The notes beneath the pieces are model-generated. The model did not search any database. It was not told where the DNA came from and saw only the letters and a program-made list of their open reading frames with translations. DNA of 64,000 nt from Acutalibacteraceae bacterium (lineage in GTDB: Bacteria > Bacillota > Clostridia > Oscillospirales > Acutalibacteraceae): assembly GCA_045543075.1 (NCBI GenBank), contig JAZQLZ010000025.1, forward strand, positions 27,681 to 91,680. Reading direction: 5' to 3'. Every line of letters begins with the position of its first letter. Position 1 is the stretch's first letter. This document shows positions 47,260 to 56,542 of the stretch, one piece after another. Made by a program: the position numbers and the translations under genes.

Positions 47260-48405
47260 ATGAATATGAACCATTTACAAAATGTTGCTAAGCATTTTGT
47301 AATACAAGGAACAATTAAAAATATTGAGCACATCAATAAGGGGTATATCAATCGTACTTATAAAGTTGAAACTATTTCAGAAAACGGTAATATTCATCAG
47401 TACATACTTCAACGGATTAATACCAATGTTTTTCCTGATATTGATGCGTTAATGAGTAACTATCAGTTAATTACAGAGCATTTATCTGATAATTTGAAAA
47501 TGCCCGGTCAGCATAATCGCGGTACAGTACAAACTCTTCGTCATACAAAAGACGGGAAATTGTATCTGATTGATGAAACAGGTATTTGGCGTATGATAAC
47601 ATACTTTGATAATGTGTATTCGTTAGATATTCCTGAAAGTCCTGATGTTTTTTATTACACAGGGGTTTCCTTTGGCGGGTTTATTAAGTCTATGTGTTCA
47701 GTCGATGTTACAAAAATTAAAGAGGTTATTCCAAACTTTCACAACACCGGAAGTCGCTACCTTGATCTTGAAACTGCCATTTCCCGTGATTCTCAGAAAA
47801 GAGTTAAGGATGTTACGGAGGAAATCGAATTTATTCGTTCCCGTGCCGACGGGTTCGGGAAAATTACCGAGGCTTTGGAAAATGGTGCTATACCAACAAG
47901 AATCTGTCATAATGACTGTAATTTAAATAACATACTTTTTGATGAAGATACGCATCTTCCCGTTGCAATAATAGATCTTGATACCGTTATGCCATCGTCA
48001 CCGTTGTATGATTTTGGTGACAGTATGAGAATCGGTACTAATACTGCTAAGGATGATGAAAAGGATTTGAGTAAGGTTTCGTGTGATTTGTGTCTTTATG
48101 AGGCATACGCCCGCGGATACCTGGAGGCTTGTGGTGATATTCTTACTAAAGGAGAGTTAGAGTTACTTCCCTTTGCAGCTTTAATTATTACCGCAGAAGA
48201 TGGTATCCGTTTCTTGATGGATCATATAAACGGCGATACATATTATCACATTGATTATCCCGGTCAGAATCTTGACAGAGCTCGTACTCAACTGAAGCTT
48301 TTACAGGATATGGAAAAGAAATTACCCGAAATAAGAAAAATATTACAAAACATCTATGACGCACAGGGCTTTGAGGCTAATGTGTGTGAATTAGTTAATG
48401 TATAA
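47260..48405 (+). CDS. APH-fold anomeric sugar kinase, N-acetylhexosamine 1-kinase (NahK)-like
   Basis: Kinase motifs ICHNDCNLNNILFD and AIIDLDTVMPSSPLYDFGDS plus DDEKDLSKV and RTQLKLLQDMEKK segments, which I recall as characteristic of Bifidobacterium NahK. Three possible ATGs at 47254, 47260 and 47266. Confidence 0.65.
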   Translation: MNMNHLQNVAKHFVIQGTIKNIEHINKGYINRTYKVETISENGNIHQYILQRINTNVFPDIDALMSNYQLITEHLSDNLKMPGQHNRGTVQTLRHTKDGKLYLIDETGIWRMITYFDNVYSLDIPESPDVFYYTGVSFGGFIKSMCSVDVTKIKEVIPNFHNTGSRYLDLETAISRDSQKRVKDVTEEIEFIRSRADGFGKITEALENGAIPTRICHNDCNLNNILFDEDTHLPVAIIDLDTVMPSSPLYDFGDSMRIGTNTAKDDEKDLSKVSCDLCLYEAYARGYLEACGDILTKGELELLPFAALIITAEDGIRFLMDHINGDTYYHIDYPGQNLDRARTQLKLLQDMEKKLPEIRKILQNIYDAQGFEANVCELVNV

Positions 48406-48420
48406 GTTATGGAGAACGAA

Positions 48421-49182
48421 ATGAAATCTATCAGAGCAATCGTTCCTGCTGCAGGAAAAGGAAGCAGACTGCAGAAGGTCAGCGGAGATATGCCCAAGGC
48501 AATGTTTTCAGTCGGCAACAGACCAATGCTTGAATATGTGTTGGATAACATATCATTTATTGATAAAAAGGACACATATATTGTTGTTGGATGCGGCAAG
48601 GAAATGATAATTGATCACTTCGGTAATCCCTATTGCTATGTTGAACAGAAGCAGCAGCTCGGAACCGGTCATGCTGTTATGGAATGCGCTAAGGAATTTG
48701 ATGGCTTCGACGGCAGCGTACTTATAACATTTGGCGATATGCCATTGTTCAGATGCGAAGAAATGGAAGCTATGTGCCGACAGCATATACAAAACGGCGC
48801 GGATTGTACCCTTATGACCGCGGCTAACGAATCATTAAAAATGTGGGCGCGAGTTATCCGCGATGAAAATGGTAACTTTATGGGAATTGTCGAAGGTAAG
48901 GACTGCAACCCCCAACAACAAGAAATTAAAGAATTATTTTCGGGTGTAATGGTGTTTAACAGTAAGTCTCTTTTTAAGGTTTTGCCCGAGATTGGTTGTG
49001 CCAATGTCCAAAAAGAGTACTATATTACCGAAGTCCCTGAGCTTATGGTAAAAAAAGGAATGATCGTTGAAACCTACTTCACAAAAGATGGGGACGACCT
49101 CCGCGGTATTAATACCCCTGAGGATTTAAAAATATGCGAAGAAATACTTCAGAATCGAAGTGGTTTAAAAGGAAGAATTTAA
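48421..49182 (+). CDS. Sugar-1-phosphate nucleotidyltransferase (GlmU N-terminal-domain-like, no acetyltransferase domain)
   Basis: AIVPAAGKGSRL, QLGTGHAV and ITFGDMPLF motifs of the GlmU/MurU pyrophosphorylase fold. 253-257 aa. Starts 4-16 nt after the kinase gene. Confidence 0.8.
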   Translation: MKSIRAIVPAAGKGSRLQKVSGDMPKAMFSVGNRPMLEYVLDNISFIDKKDTYIVVGCGKEMIIDHFGNPYCYVEQKQQLGTGHAVMECAKEFDGFDGSVLITFGDMPLFRCEEMEAMCRQHIQNGADCTLMTAANESLKMWARVIRDENGNFMGIVEGKDCNPQQQEIKELFSGVMVFNSKSLFKVLPEIGCANVQKEYYITEVPELMVKKGMIVETYFTKDGDDLRGINTPEDLKICEEILQNRSGLKGRI

Positions 49183-49186
49183 CTGC

Positions 49187-49228
49187 AGACCGACTTTAAC
49201 TATGAATTAAAGTCGGTCTTTTTGTTTG
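49187..49228 (+). terminator. Intrinsic terminator after the nucleotidyltransferase gene
   Basis: 13-bp stem AGACCGACTTTAA/TTAAAGTCGGTCT followed by TTTTTGTTTG. Confidence 0.85.
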
Positions 49229-49317
49229 CATAATGATTTTATATTAAAACTATTGATATCTATTATGGTGTATGTTAAAATATTGACGAATATTTTTGTT
49301 GAAGAGAGGTATAAAAT

Positions 49318-50334
49318 ATGGGCAGATATGCTATTTACGGCGCAGGTTCTCTTGGAACTGTTCTCGGTGCGTTTATAACAAAAAACGGTGGTGAGGTTGA
49401 CCTTATTAACCGCAACAAAGCTCATGTTGATTTATTAAATGAAAAGGGTGCAAAAATCATCGGTACTGTTGAAATGACAGTGCCTGTCAAAGCTATTACT
49501 CCCGATATGATGAAGGGTAAATACGATGTAATTGTTTTACTTACAAAGCAGCTACATAACAAAGAGGTTGTTACTTTCCTTAAAGATTATCTTTCTGACG
49601 AAGGCGTTATTGTAACTCTTCAGAATGGTATTCCCGAACCGGGTATTGCTGAAATCATAGGTGATAATCACACTATGGGTTGTGCTGTTGAGTGGGGTGC
49701 AGCCCTCATTGAGCCCGGCGTTTGTGAGCTTACAAGTGAAAAGGACAGTCTTTCTTTCCATATGGGTAAAATGCCCGGTATTACGGATGCACAGTTCAAT
49801 ATGGTTAAGGATTTACTTGAGCTTATGTGTCCTGTGCACGCTGAGGAAAATCTTATGGGTGCCCGTTGGTCCAAGCTCCTTATAAATGCAACCTTCTCAG
49901 GTCTCGGCACTGTTGTAGGTGGCGTTTTCGGTGATGTTTCCGAGGATAAGGACGGTAAAAAGGTTGCCATAAGATGTATGAAGGAGTGCATTGATGTAGG
50001 TCACGCTTCAGGTGTTGAGTTTGCACCTGTCCAGGGCAAAAACATTGTAGGTCTCTTTTATTATAAAAATGCGCTCAAACGCGCTTTCGGTTGTTTCCTG
50101 CTTCCCATTGCAATGAAGAAGCACAGAGATATTGAACCCTCAATGCTTCAGGACCTTAAGAAAGGTAAGCCCTGTGAGGTTGATGCAATTAACGGTGTTG
50201 TTTGCGATTTCGGTAGAAAATACGGGGTTGCAACTCCTATAAATGACAGAATTGTTGAAATCATAAAGAAGATACAAGCAGGGGAGATTAAAGCAGAAAA
50301 AGCAAACATCCGTCTTTTTGATGATATTCTTTGA
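49318..50334 (+). CDS. Ketopantoate reductase (PanE/ApbA) family oxidoreductase
   Basis: N-terminal Rossmann YGAGSLGTVLGAF and ApbA_C-like C-terminal domain. 338 aa. Confidence 0.75.
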   Translation: MGRYAIYGAGSLGTVLGAFITKNGGEVDLINRNKAHVDLLNEKGAKIIGTVEMTVPVKAITPDMMKGKYDVIVLLTKQLHNKEVVTFLKDYLSDEGVIVTLQNGIPEPGIAEIIGDNHTMGCAVEWGAALIEPGVCELTSEKDSLSFHMGKMPGITDAQFNMVKDLLELMCPVHAEENLMGARWSKLLINATFSGLGTVVGGVFGDVSEDKDGKKVAIRCMKECIDVGHASGVEFAPVQGKNIVGLFYYKNALKRAFGCFLLPIAMKKHRDIEPSMLQDLKKGKPCEVDAINGVVCDFGRKYGVATPINDRIVEIIKKIQAGEIKAEKANIRLFDDIL

Positions 50335-50342
50335 AAAGCATT

Positions 50343-51080
50343 ATGAAAATTATAGCAAGTGATTATGACGGAACCTTTAACCGCAACGGTATTACCGAAT
50401 ATAAAAAAGAAAAGCTTTCTCAATGGCGCAATTCAGGTAATTTATTCGGTATTATCAGCGGCAGAGGTTATCCGTCACTAATGGAATGTATTCAGTCACA
50501 TCCCTTTGAATATGATTTTTTAGTTTGTAATAACGGAGGTGTTATATATAACACTGACGGTAAAATTATGTTCGAAGCAAGGTGCGACGGCGCAAACGCA
50601 AGACCCTTTATTGAGGATTTATTCTTATGGGGTTGTCCCTTTGCTTGTATTGACAGAGATATTCCCATCAGGGTGTTAAATACAACTGACCCCATTGACG
50701 ATGATGAAATATATTTCTCGGATTTTCCTGAGATTGAGTATTTTAATCAAATAAGCACAGAACTTAAAACCGTTGAGGATGCGGCTGAGGTTGTTAAAAA
50801 AATCGAAGGAAAATACTCCCAAATATTAACTCCTTTACAAAACGGAAACTGTATTGATATAGTACCTGCGGGAGTTAACAAGGCACAGGGGCTTTATTCG
50901 CTTTTAGAGGTTATCGGCGGTTCTTATGAAGATATTATAGCCGTAGGTGACGATATAAACGATACCCATATGATAGCGGAGTTTCGCTCTTACGCTATGG
51001 AAAACGGTGTTGATTCAATAAAAGAATTAGCGGATTATATTGTTAAGGATATTACTGAGGTTATTATTAAAGAGTCTTAA
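50343..51080 (+). CDS. HAD-IIB (Cof-like) phosphatase
   Basis: SDYDGTF motif I and GDDINDTHM motif. ATG 50343; the track TTG 50331 overlaps the upstream stop. Confidence 0.75.
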   Translation: MKIIASDYDGTFNRNGITEYKKEKLSQWRNSGNLFGIISGRGYPSLMECIQSHPFEYDFLVCNNGGVIYNTDGKIMFEARCDGANARPFIEDLFLWGCPFACIDRDIPIRVLNTTDPIDDDEIYFSDFPEIEYFNQISTELKTVEDAAEVVKKIEGKYSQILTPLQNGNCIDIVPAGVNKAQGLYSLLEVIGGSYEDIIAVGDDINDTHMIAEFRSYAMENGVDSIKELADYIVKDITEVIIKES

Positions 51081-51095
51081 GCTCTGAGGTTATTT

Positions 51096-51674
51096 ATGGA
51101 TATAAAAAAAGAATTACTTAAGCTAAGAAAAGATCGGATTATAAAAATCATTGTTGCTTTGTTTTTGCTTGCTATCGGTTTACCGTTTTATATTGCGGGC
51201 GGTTTTTTGCAAGCTGTTTATATTGCGCCAATAGGAATTATTTTGTCCTTTATAGGTTTGGCTTTACTGTTAAGAACGGCTTTTCATCCCAATTATTACA
51301 ATCTGAAAGGGGAAATAGCCGGCTATGACAAATGCAAGCAATTACATATGTGCCCGCCCCGCGGTAAAAGCGAGGACCTTGATAAGAGAATTAAGGCACT
51401 TGAGTTTTCTTTTTTAAAACAAGGCAATGATATGCTTGGGGGTCAATTATCTGCAGATAAAATGACTTCTGAGGACGTCGCTTTGATTAAGAGAACCCTT
51501 ACTTCCATGGGCGATATTGATAAAGCAACTGATGAAGCTCTTTTCAAAACATATGCGCATCTTTGCTCTCAGGCTTCTCTCGGAGGTCTCGCTAAAAATA
51601 AACACTCAAGGATTCAGAAGGAATGTGTCTTCAGAATTCTGTATTGCAGATACTACCACATAATAAAAGAATAA
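51096..51674 (+). CDS. Hypothetical membrane protein
   Basis: Two N-terminal TM segments followed by a soluble 110-aa domain. No recognisable motif. Confidence 0.5.
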   Translation: MDIKKELLKLRKDRIIKIIVALFLLAIGLPFYIAGGFLQAVYIAPIGIILSFIGLALLLRTAFHPNYYNLKGEIAGYDKCKQLHMCPPRGKSEDLDKRIKALEFSFLKQGNDMLGGQLSADKMTSEDVALIKRTLTSMGDIDKATDEALFKTYAHLCSQASLGGLAKNKHSRIQKECVFRILYCRYYHIIKE

Positions 51675-51679
51675 AAATG

Positions 51680-51717
51680 CACACTTACTCATTAATTTTT
51701 GAGTAAGTGTGTTTTTG
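51680..51717. terminator. Bidirectional intrinsic terminator
   Basis: 12-bp stem CACACTTACTCA/TGAGTAAGTGTG (51680-51711), TTTTTG on plus and an A-run upstream for the minus strand. Confidence 0.75.
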
Positions 51718-53334
51718 TTAATCTGTAGTAACTTTTTCTGTGTTACAGGCTTTCACTTCAAGCTCACTGTCGAAGGTATTGTTTTTAATAATAACTTCTT
51801 TAATATGCTCAAATAAAAAACGGTGCTTCTCGCATGAGGGCTTTTCAAAGGTGTTATTTTCTATAAGTAATTTGCCGTGTACATATGTATCAGCATCCTC
51901 ACACAAAACCTTTGGGGTAACTCTTATTACAGGACCTCCGGGAGTTGTTTCATGATATTCACAGCCTGAAACAGTATTGTTTCTGAAAATAACCTTTGTT
52001 GTGTAGCCTGACTCAAACCAGAAATTACAATCGTCTTCAAGTAAAAGTGCGGGGCCCCATAGTTTTTCAAAGGTGTTATTTTCAATAATTACCTCTCCTC
52101 GGGTAGTGCAAAGAATGCCTCTTGCAGCGTTCTGCGAGAAAGTACAGTTGCGGACATATAAATTGGGGGTATAGGTTGCGTTTTCAACTACGTCTTTATT
52201 CAATTCAATTTCGGGTAATTCGCCGTCAACTGTAAGCTCAATATCCGTATTATTGATTTTCTTGTATTCTGTGACAATTAATGTATGGTAGGGAATGAGG
52301 GTATCCCATTTTATAAAATCAATTATATCGCCCTCGTCAAACGCCTGAAACCCCCATGTTTCAGGGTGCATAAAGCGCACAAGAAGCTTCTTCTCACTAT
52401 AATTCGCCTCAATAATCCTGAGATGAGTGCCGTGAACATTAACATAGTCGTCGTGAGCACCCCACGCCTTGCAGTTGTCAATTATAATATCACCCTTACA
52501 ACCTGAAAACTGAAAGAAATCGGCGGTGCTTGTAATTGTGCGACCTTCACCCGGTGTTAAATCACAGTTTCGGAACTCAATATTTTCACTGAACTGCGAA
52601 ACCATACCTAAGCCGTGCATAAATTTAATTCTTAAATTGCTGAACCTGATATTTTTACAGCGCTCAATCAACGCGCCCGTCTGGTCGCGCACAATACTTC
52701 TGGATTGGAAAACATGGCCGACAGGCAGTCCGGAATTTTTATTTTTTAATGTAACATTAAGTGTGTTTTTATCAATCTGCCGGATTTTTTCAAAGGTGAG
52801 ATTGTCACGGTCAAAATCAAAGCTATGCTTTGTTTCGGGGTCATAGCTCTTTATATAACGCTTGTAGCCTGAGTTGGTATCATACCAATAATACTCGCCG
52901 TTTTTACTTTTTTCTCCGTGCCAATAAAGAGTGTTATCCTTGACCTCAAATAAGCAGTCATCATTAATTCTGATTACATACTCGTCATTTTCACCCGAAA
53001 CAACCGTAAATTCGCTCATAGTAGGGCAGGCATAATCTATTTCAAGGTTCTTTATTGTTATATTTTCGCATTTGTAGAGTAAAAACGGTGTCATTTTGCC
53101 GTGAACGAGGATTTTAGCGCCGTTACCGTCAATAACCATATCTTTCATGCCGTTAAGGTATATTGCGCTGTAACGCAAGCCTGAGGGGTTTTCGTCTTTC
53201 CTTGCGGTATTTGAGCAAAAATAACCCGTTAATTCAAAGCAATCGTCCTGATAAACATCATAAATCTTGTTTTTCTCGAGAGTAATTGTTGTATTATTCT
53301 GAGCGTTCAGAAATTTTTCGCATAAGCTGTTCAT
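51718..53334 (-). CDS. Right-handed parallel beta-helix repeat protein (probable cytoplasmic glycan-active enzyme)
   Basis: 538 aa with repeated NNT/RNCT-type turns (IENNTFEK twice, FRNNTVSGC, VRNCTFSQN). No signal peptide. Confidence 0.6.
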   Translation of the reverse strand: MNSLCEKFLNAQNNTTITLEKNKIYDVYQDDCFELTGYFCSNTARKDENPSGLRYSAIYLNGMKDMVIDGNGAKILVHGKMTPFLLYKCENITIKNLEIDYACPTMSEFTVVSGENDEYVIRINDDCLFEVKDNTLYWHGEKSKNGEYYWYDTNSGYKRYIKSYDPETKHSFDFDRDNLTFEKIRQIDKNTLNVTLKNKNSGLPVGHVFQSRSIVRDQTGALIERCKNIRFSNLRIKFMHGLGMVSQFSENIEFRNCDLTPGEGRTITSTADFFQFSGCKGDIIIDNCKAWGAHDDYVNVHGTHLRIIEANYSEKKLLVRFMHPETWGFQAFDEGDIIDFIKWDTLIPYHTLIVTEYKKINNTDIELTVDGELPEIELNKDVVENATYTPNLYVRNCTFSQNAARGILCTTRGEVIIENNTFEKLWGPALLLEDDCNFWFESGYTTKVIFRNNTVSGCEYHETTPGGPVIRVTPKVLCEDADTYVHGKLLIENNTFEKPSCEKHRFLFEHIKEVIIKNNTFDSELEVKACNTEKVTTD

Positions 53335-53461
53335 ATAAAATCAACGCCTTTTTCCCACATATCTGTGATTTGCTTTAATTATACTATAACCGCTGAAATT
53401 GTAAATGGTTATGGTTTTAAATACTGTCCAAATATTACATTAAAAGATTGGTGAAAATTTA

Positions 53462-53485
53462 AAAGCCGACCCGAAGGTCGGCTTT
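53462..53485 (-). terminator. Intrinsic terminator of the gntR-ABC operon
   Basis: 10-bp stem AAAGCCGACC/GGTCGGCTTT with a UUCG loop on minus, followed by UAAAUUUU. Confidence 0.65.
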
Positions 53486-53495
53486 CAGTAATAGC

Positions 53496-54560
53496 TTATT
53501 TCGCAGAAACTACAATCATAAATATAATGAATGTGATTATTTCGGCTAATGTGAATCCTGCTGTGGTAAAGAGCAGCTTGCGGTATTTACCTTTTTTGAT
53601 AATTGCAAATACCAATGCCACTATAAAGATTACAGCGGGTACAACACCGAAGAGAAGTATCAGGAAGAAATAAGAGACTTTAATTGCAAGCTCGTCGTTA
53701 TAAAGATAACCAAAATCATCCTCATAATAGGCTGTCTCAGCAGCTTCGATTCCGCTGAGTAAGGCTTCATCGGTAATTTCATGTACTAAAATTCCTTTAA
53801 GCTGACCGTCTTCGGAGTAAACATGCTCCATAAAGAAGTCCATATTATGAGATTTATTTTCTGCAAAATCGAAGTAATAATACTTCTCGTTAACCTTGAG
53901 CATAAGACCGGGGTTATATGTCAACACACCGTCGTCGGAGTGTGCGTAAATATAGTAATAGTCAAAATCCATCCAGTAGTCATAATCTTTGAGTGTTAAT
54001 TGCTCGTTGGCTAAAAGCTCTTGCTTTGTTGTTTTGACAACATTTCCTTCGGGCCACTCGAAATCAATTTCTAAATCAGCGAAACCGCCTGCAATGAATT
54101 TATCGTATTCATCAATATAATCATCCCGTAGGTAGGATATTGAAAGCATAGTACCGTCATTATAGCTTATATCAGCAGTAAATAAAATATCGGTACCGTA
54201 AAGACTTATATCATACACAAGCTCCTTTTGCGTATCCGATAAAACATAGTCTGCATTTGTCGGTATAGCAAAATCCATAGTGCTCATGATATCGTCGAAG
54301 TCATCAACATAGTAATCGGTGACATCATATTCTGTGGCGACATAAGAATCAAAAAATATTAGATTTTTTTGATAGTATTCGTGATCGTTAAAATACATTG
54401 TTCTGAAATCTTCAGAAAAGGTCGCGGAAGGGATTTGGTTTATCTCAACCTCATCGGGTACCGATGTTGCAAAGGAGGTAACACCAAGACAAACAGAAAG
54501 AATTAAAACTGTAACAATTACATATATAAATTTCTTCATATTATCATCCTCCTTATGCAA
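53496..54560 (-). CDS. Asp/Tyr-rich extracytoplasmic protein with an N-terminal signal anchor and two C-terminal TM helices
   Basis: 354 aa. Signal/TM FIYVIVTVLILSVCLGVTSFA, a very acidic aromatic ectodomain and a C-terminal FFLILLFGVVPAVIFIVALVFAII plus a second TM. Start overlaps the ABC permease stop by 8 nt. Confidence 0.55.
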   Translation of the reverse strand: MHKEDDNMKKFIYVIVTVLILSVCLGVTSFATSVPDEVEINQIPSATFSEDFRTMYFNDHEYYQKNLIFFDSYVATEYDVTDYYVDDFDDIMSTMDFAIPTNADYVLSDTQKELVYDISLYGTDILFTADISYNDGTMLSISYLRDDYIDEYDKFIAGGFADLEIDFEWPEGNVVKTTKQELLANEQLTLKDYDYWMDFDYYYIYAHSDDGVLTYNPGLMLKVNEKYYYFDFAENKSHNMDFFMEHVYSEDGQLKGILVHEITDEALLSGIEAAETAYYEDDFGYLYNDELAIKVSYFFLILLFGVVPAVIFIVALVFAIIKKGKYRKLLFTTAGFTLAEIITFIIFMIVVSAK

Positions 54561-55383
54561 GATTTAATTTCTTGTGCAAGCACCAGTAGTTTACATAATA
54601 AAATACTGAGCACGCCGCGCACAAAATGAATATTACAATAAGTAAAAGTAAGGCTATACTGCCGAGAACCGCAACTTCGGATATACTGGAGAATACACTC
54701 ACAAGGCTTGTAAGACCGAAAAGATAGAATATTGTAAATATAAAGCCTAAAATAGATGTAGCAACATAATAAATACCCACAGCCGCGAGAATCTTTGCTT
54801 TTTTAACAAGGACACTTGCAACAGAAATGCAACCGTAGTTGAAAAGCATTGCTGTAAGGGTCAATAATCCGAAAAGAATAAGAGCTTCAACAAGGAAAAT
54901 AATGAAGAAATAATTGTACTCGTAAGCAGCAAATTCTTCAAAAATTATTTTCAACTCTTCGAGAGATTCTTTGCTGAAAATATACTTATGTGCACCTATA
55001 ACCGTAACTATCAGTAAGTTAATAAATAATACCAAAGAGGTTGAGGTGGTGGTTACAAAGCCTAAAAATACTTTTGAATTGAGTATTGACTGCCTCTTTG
55101 CAGGAAGTGTAAATGTAAGGTAACCCTGGTCGGTGTAGAAGTTTTTATAAAATCTTACATAAACCAGAATATCCGAAAATACGCCGAATGCCATGTAGGC
55201 GATGTAAACCATTATTATTGCAAAAACTGCGACAATAGTTACGGGGACGGGAATTTCTTTTTCAGTGTAGAAAATAGTGGAAAATCCGCCGCCGATAAAA
55301 GATAAAACAAATGTTGAGAGAGCGCCTATCCACCAGAGCTTAAACACTGATTTAAAGTCATAGCGCATTAATTTCTTTAGCAT
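54553..55383 (-). CDS. ABC-2-type transporter permease-like membrane protein
   Basis: 276 aa, about 6 TM segments. Translationally coupled to the upstream ATPase by a 7-nt overlap. Confidence 0.6.
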   Translation of the reverse strand: MLKKLMRYDFKSVFKLWWIGALSTFVLSFIGGGFSTIFYTEKEIPVPVTIVAVFAIIMVYIAYMAFGVFSDILVYVRFYKNFYTDQGYLTFTLPAKRQSILNSKVFLGFVTTTSTSLVLFINLLIVTVIGAHKYIFSKESLEELKIIFEEFAAYEYNYFFIIFLVEALILFGLLTLTAMLFNYGCISVASVLVKKAKILAAVGIYYVATSILGFIFTIFYLFGLTSLVSVFSSISEVAVLGSIALLLLIVIFILCAACSVFYYVNYWCLHKKLNLA

Positions 55384-56078
55384 CTGAATACCTCCTTAAA
55401 CAGCTCGTCGAGGGATTTGCCCGTAGCGTTTCGCGCTTCCTCGGCATTTCCTGCCATCATAATCTGTCCGCCGTAGCCCATAAAGATAAAATCATCAAGG
55501 ACCTGCTCAACATCGGTAATTAAGTGAGTAGTAATTACAATGGATGCTTCCGGGTTATAGTTACTTACTATTGTGCTGAGAATATATTCTCTTGCGGCAG
55601 GGTCAACACCCGCAATAGGCTCGTCAAGAAGATATAATTTAGCGTTACGGGACATAACGAGGATGAGCTGAACCTTTTCTTTAGTACCTTTGGAAAGTGT
55701 TTTTAGGTTTGAATTAGGGTCAATTCCCAAATTGTTAAGTAAAATGTAGGCTCTTTCAGAATCAAAATCTGCGTAGAAATCAGCGAAGAATTTAATTATT
55801 TCTTTTACCTTCATAGAGTTACTGAAATATGTTCTCTCGGGCAGGTAGGAAATAAGTGCGCAGGATTTTTCACCAACAGGGTTTCCGTCAACGGTGATTG
55901 TACCGCTGTTGGGCTGTAAAATACCGGCAATCATTTTAATCAGTGTTGATTTTCCGCAGCCGTTGGGTCCTAAAAGACCAACTATGCGACCTTTGGGAAT
56001 TTCAATATTAAGATTGGTTAATACAGGTTTATTTCTCTTGTACGATTTATTTATATTCGTACACTCGAGCACATTCAT
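55377..56078 (-). CDS. ABC transporter ATP-binding protein
   Basis: Walker A GPNGCGKST, signature LSKGTKEKV, Walker B LYLLDEP. Confidence 0.92.
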   Translation of the reverse strand: MNVLECTNINKSYKRNKPVLTNLNIEIPKGRIVGLLGPNGCGKSTLIKMIAGILQPNSGTITVDGNPVGEKSCALISYLPERTYFSNSMKVKEIIKFFADFYADFDSERAYILLNNLGIDPNSNLKTLSKGTKEKVQLILVMSRNAKLYLLDEPIAGVDPAAREYILSTIVSNYNPEASIVITTHLITDVEQVLDDFIFMGYGGQIMMAGNAEEARNATGKSLDELFKEVFRC

Positions 56079-56434
56079 TGATATACCTCCTCAATCATCT
56101 CAATGGCCTGAGATTTTGGGATAGACAGGTCATTAATGTTATTGACAAAGTCTTTGACAATTTTTTCGGCTGTTTTTTTGCGGGTGTTCTCAATAATATC
56201 GTTATCTTCGGTTACGAATCTGCCGAGAGTACCCTTTGATTCAACAATACCTTCGCTTTCAAGCTCGGCAAAAGCATGTTGTACGGTGTTTGGATTGACA
56301 GCGGCATCTAAGGCTAATTGTCTGACACTTGGTATTTGTTCACCGGGCTTATATTCCCCGGATAAAACCGATTTTACAATTCTGTCAGTAATTTGCAGAT
56401 ACACGGGTCTGTCAGAAGTAAATTTCCAAGCCAA
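56075..56434 (-). CDS. GntR-family transcriptional regulator, YtrA subfamily
   Basis: Short (about 120 aa) GntR with PVYLQITDRI...GEQIPSVRQLALDAAVNPNTVQHAFAELE. TTG at 56434 lies 6 nt after AGGAGG; the track start 56488 falls in the promoter. Confidence 0.85.
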   Translation of the reverse strand: MAWKFTSDRPVYLQITDRIVKSVLSGEYKPGEQIPSVRQLALDAAVNPNTVQHAFAELESEGIVESKGTLGRFVTEDNDIIENTRKKTAEKIVKDFVNNINDLSIPKSQAIEMIEEVYQ

Positions 56435-56467
56435 AATATCCCTCCTTTGTATTATTGTACTAACACA

Positions 56468-56496
56468 AGCATACAACGGAAATTTCATATTGTCAA
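56468..56496 (-). promoter_or_regulatory. Sigma-A-type promoter of the gntR-ABC operon
   Basis: On the minus strand TTGACA (56496-56491), 17-nt spacer, TATGCT (56473-56468). A partially palindromic TGTGTTAGTACA lies just downstream as a possible operator. Confidence 0.55.
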
Positions 56497-56518
56497 TACT
56501 TTTTTCTAAAAAAACAGC

Positions 56519-56534
56519 CCGAGAAGAATCTCGG
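56519..56534 (-). terminator. Terminator after the 507-aa membrane protein gene
   Basis: CCGAGA-AGAA-TCTCGG, followed on minus by GCUGUUUUUUU. Confidence 0.6.
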
Positions 56535-56542
56535 ACTAAGTT

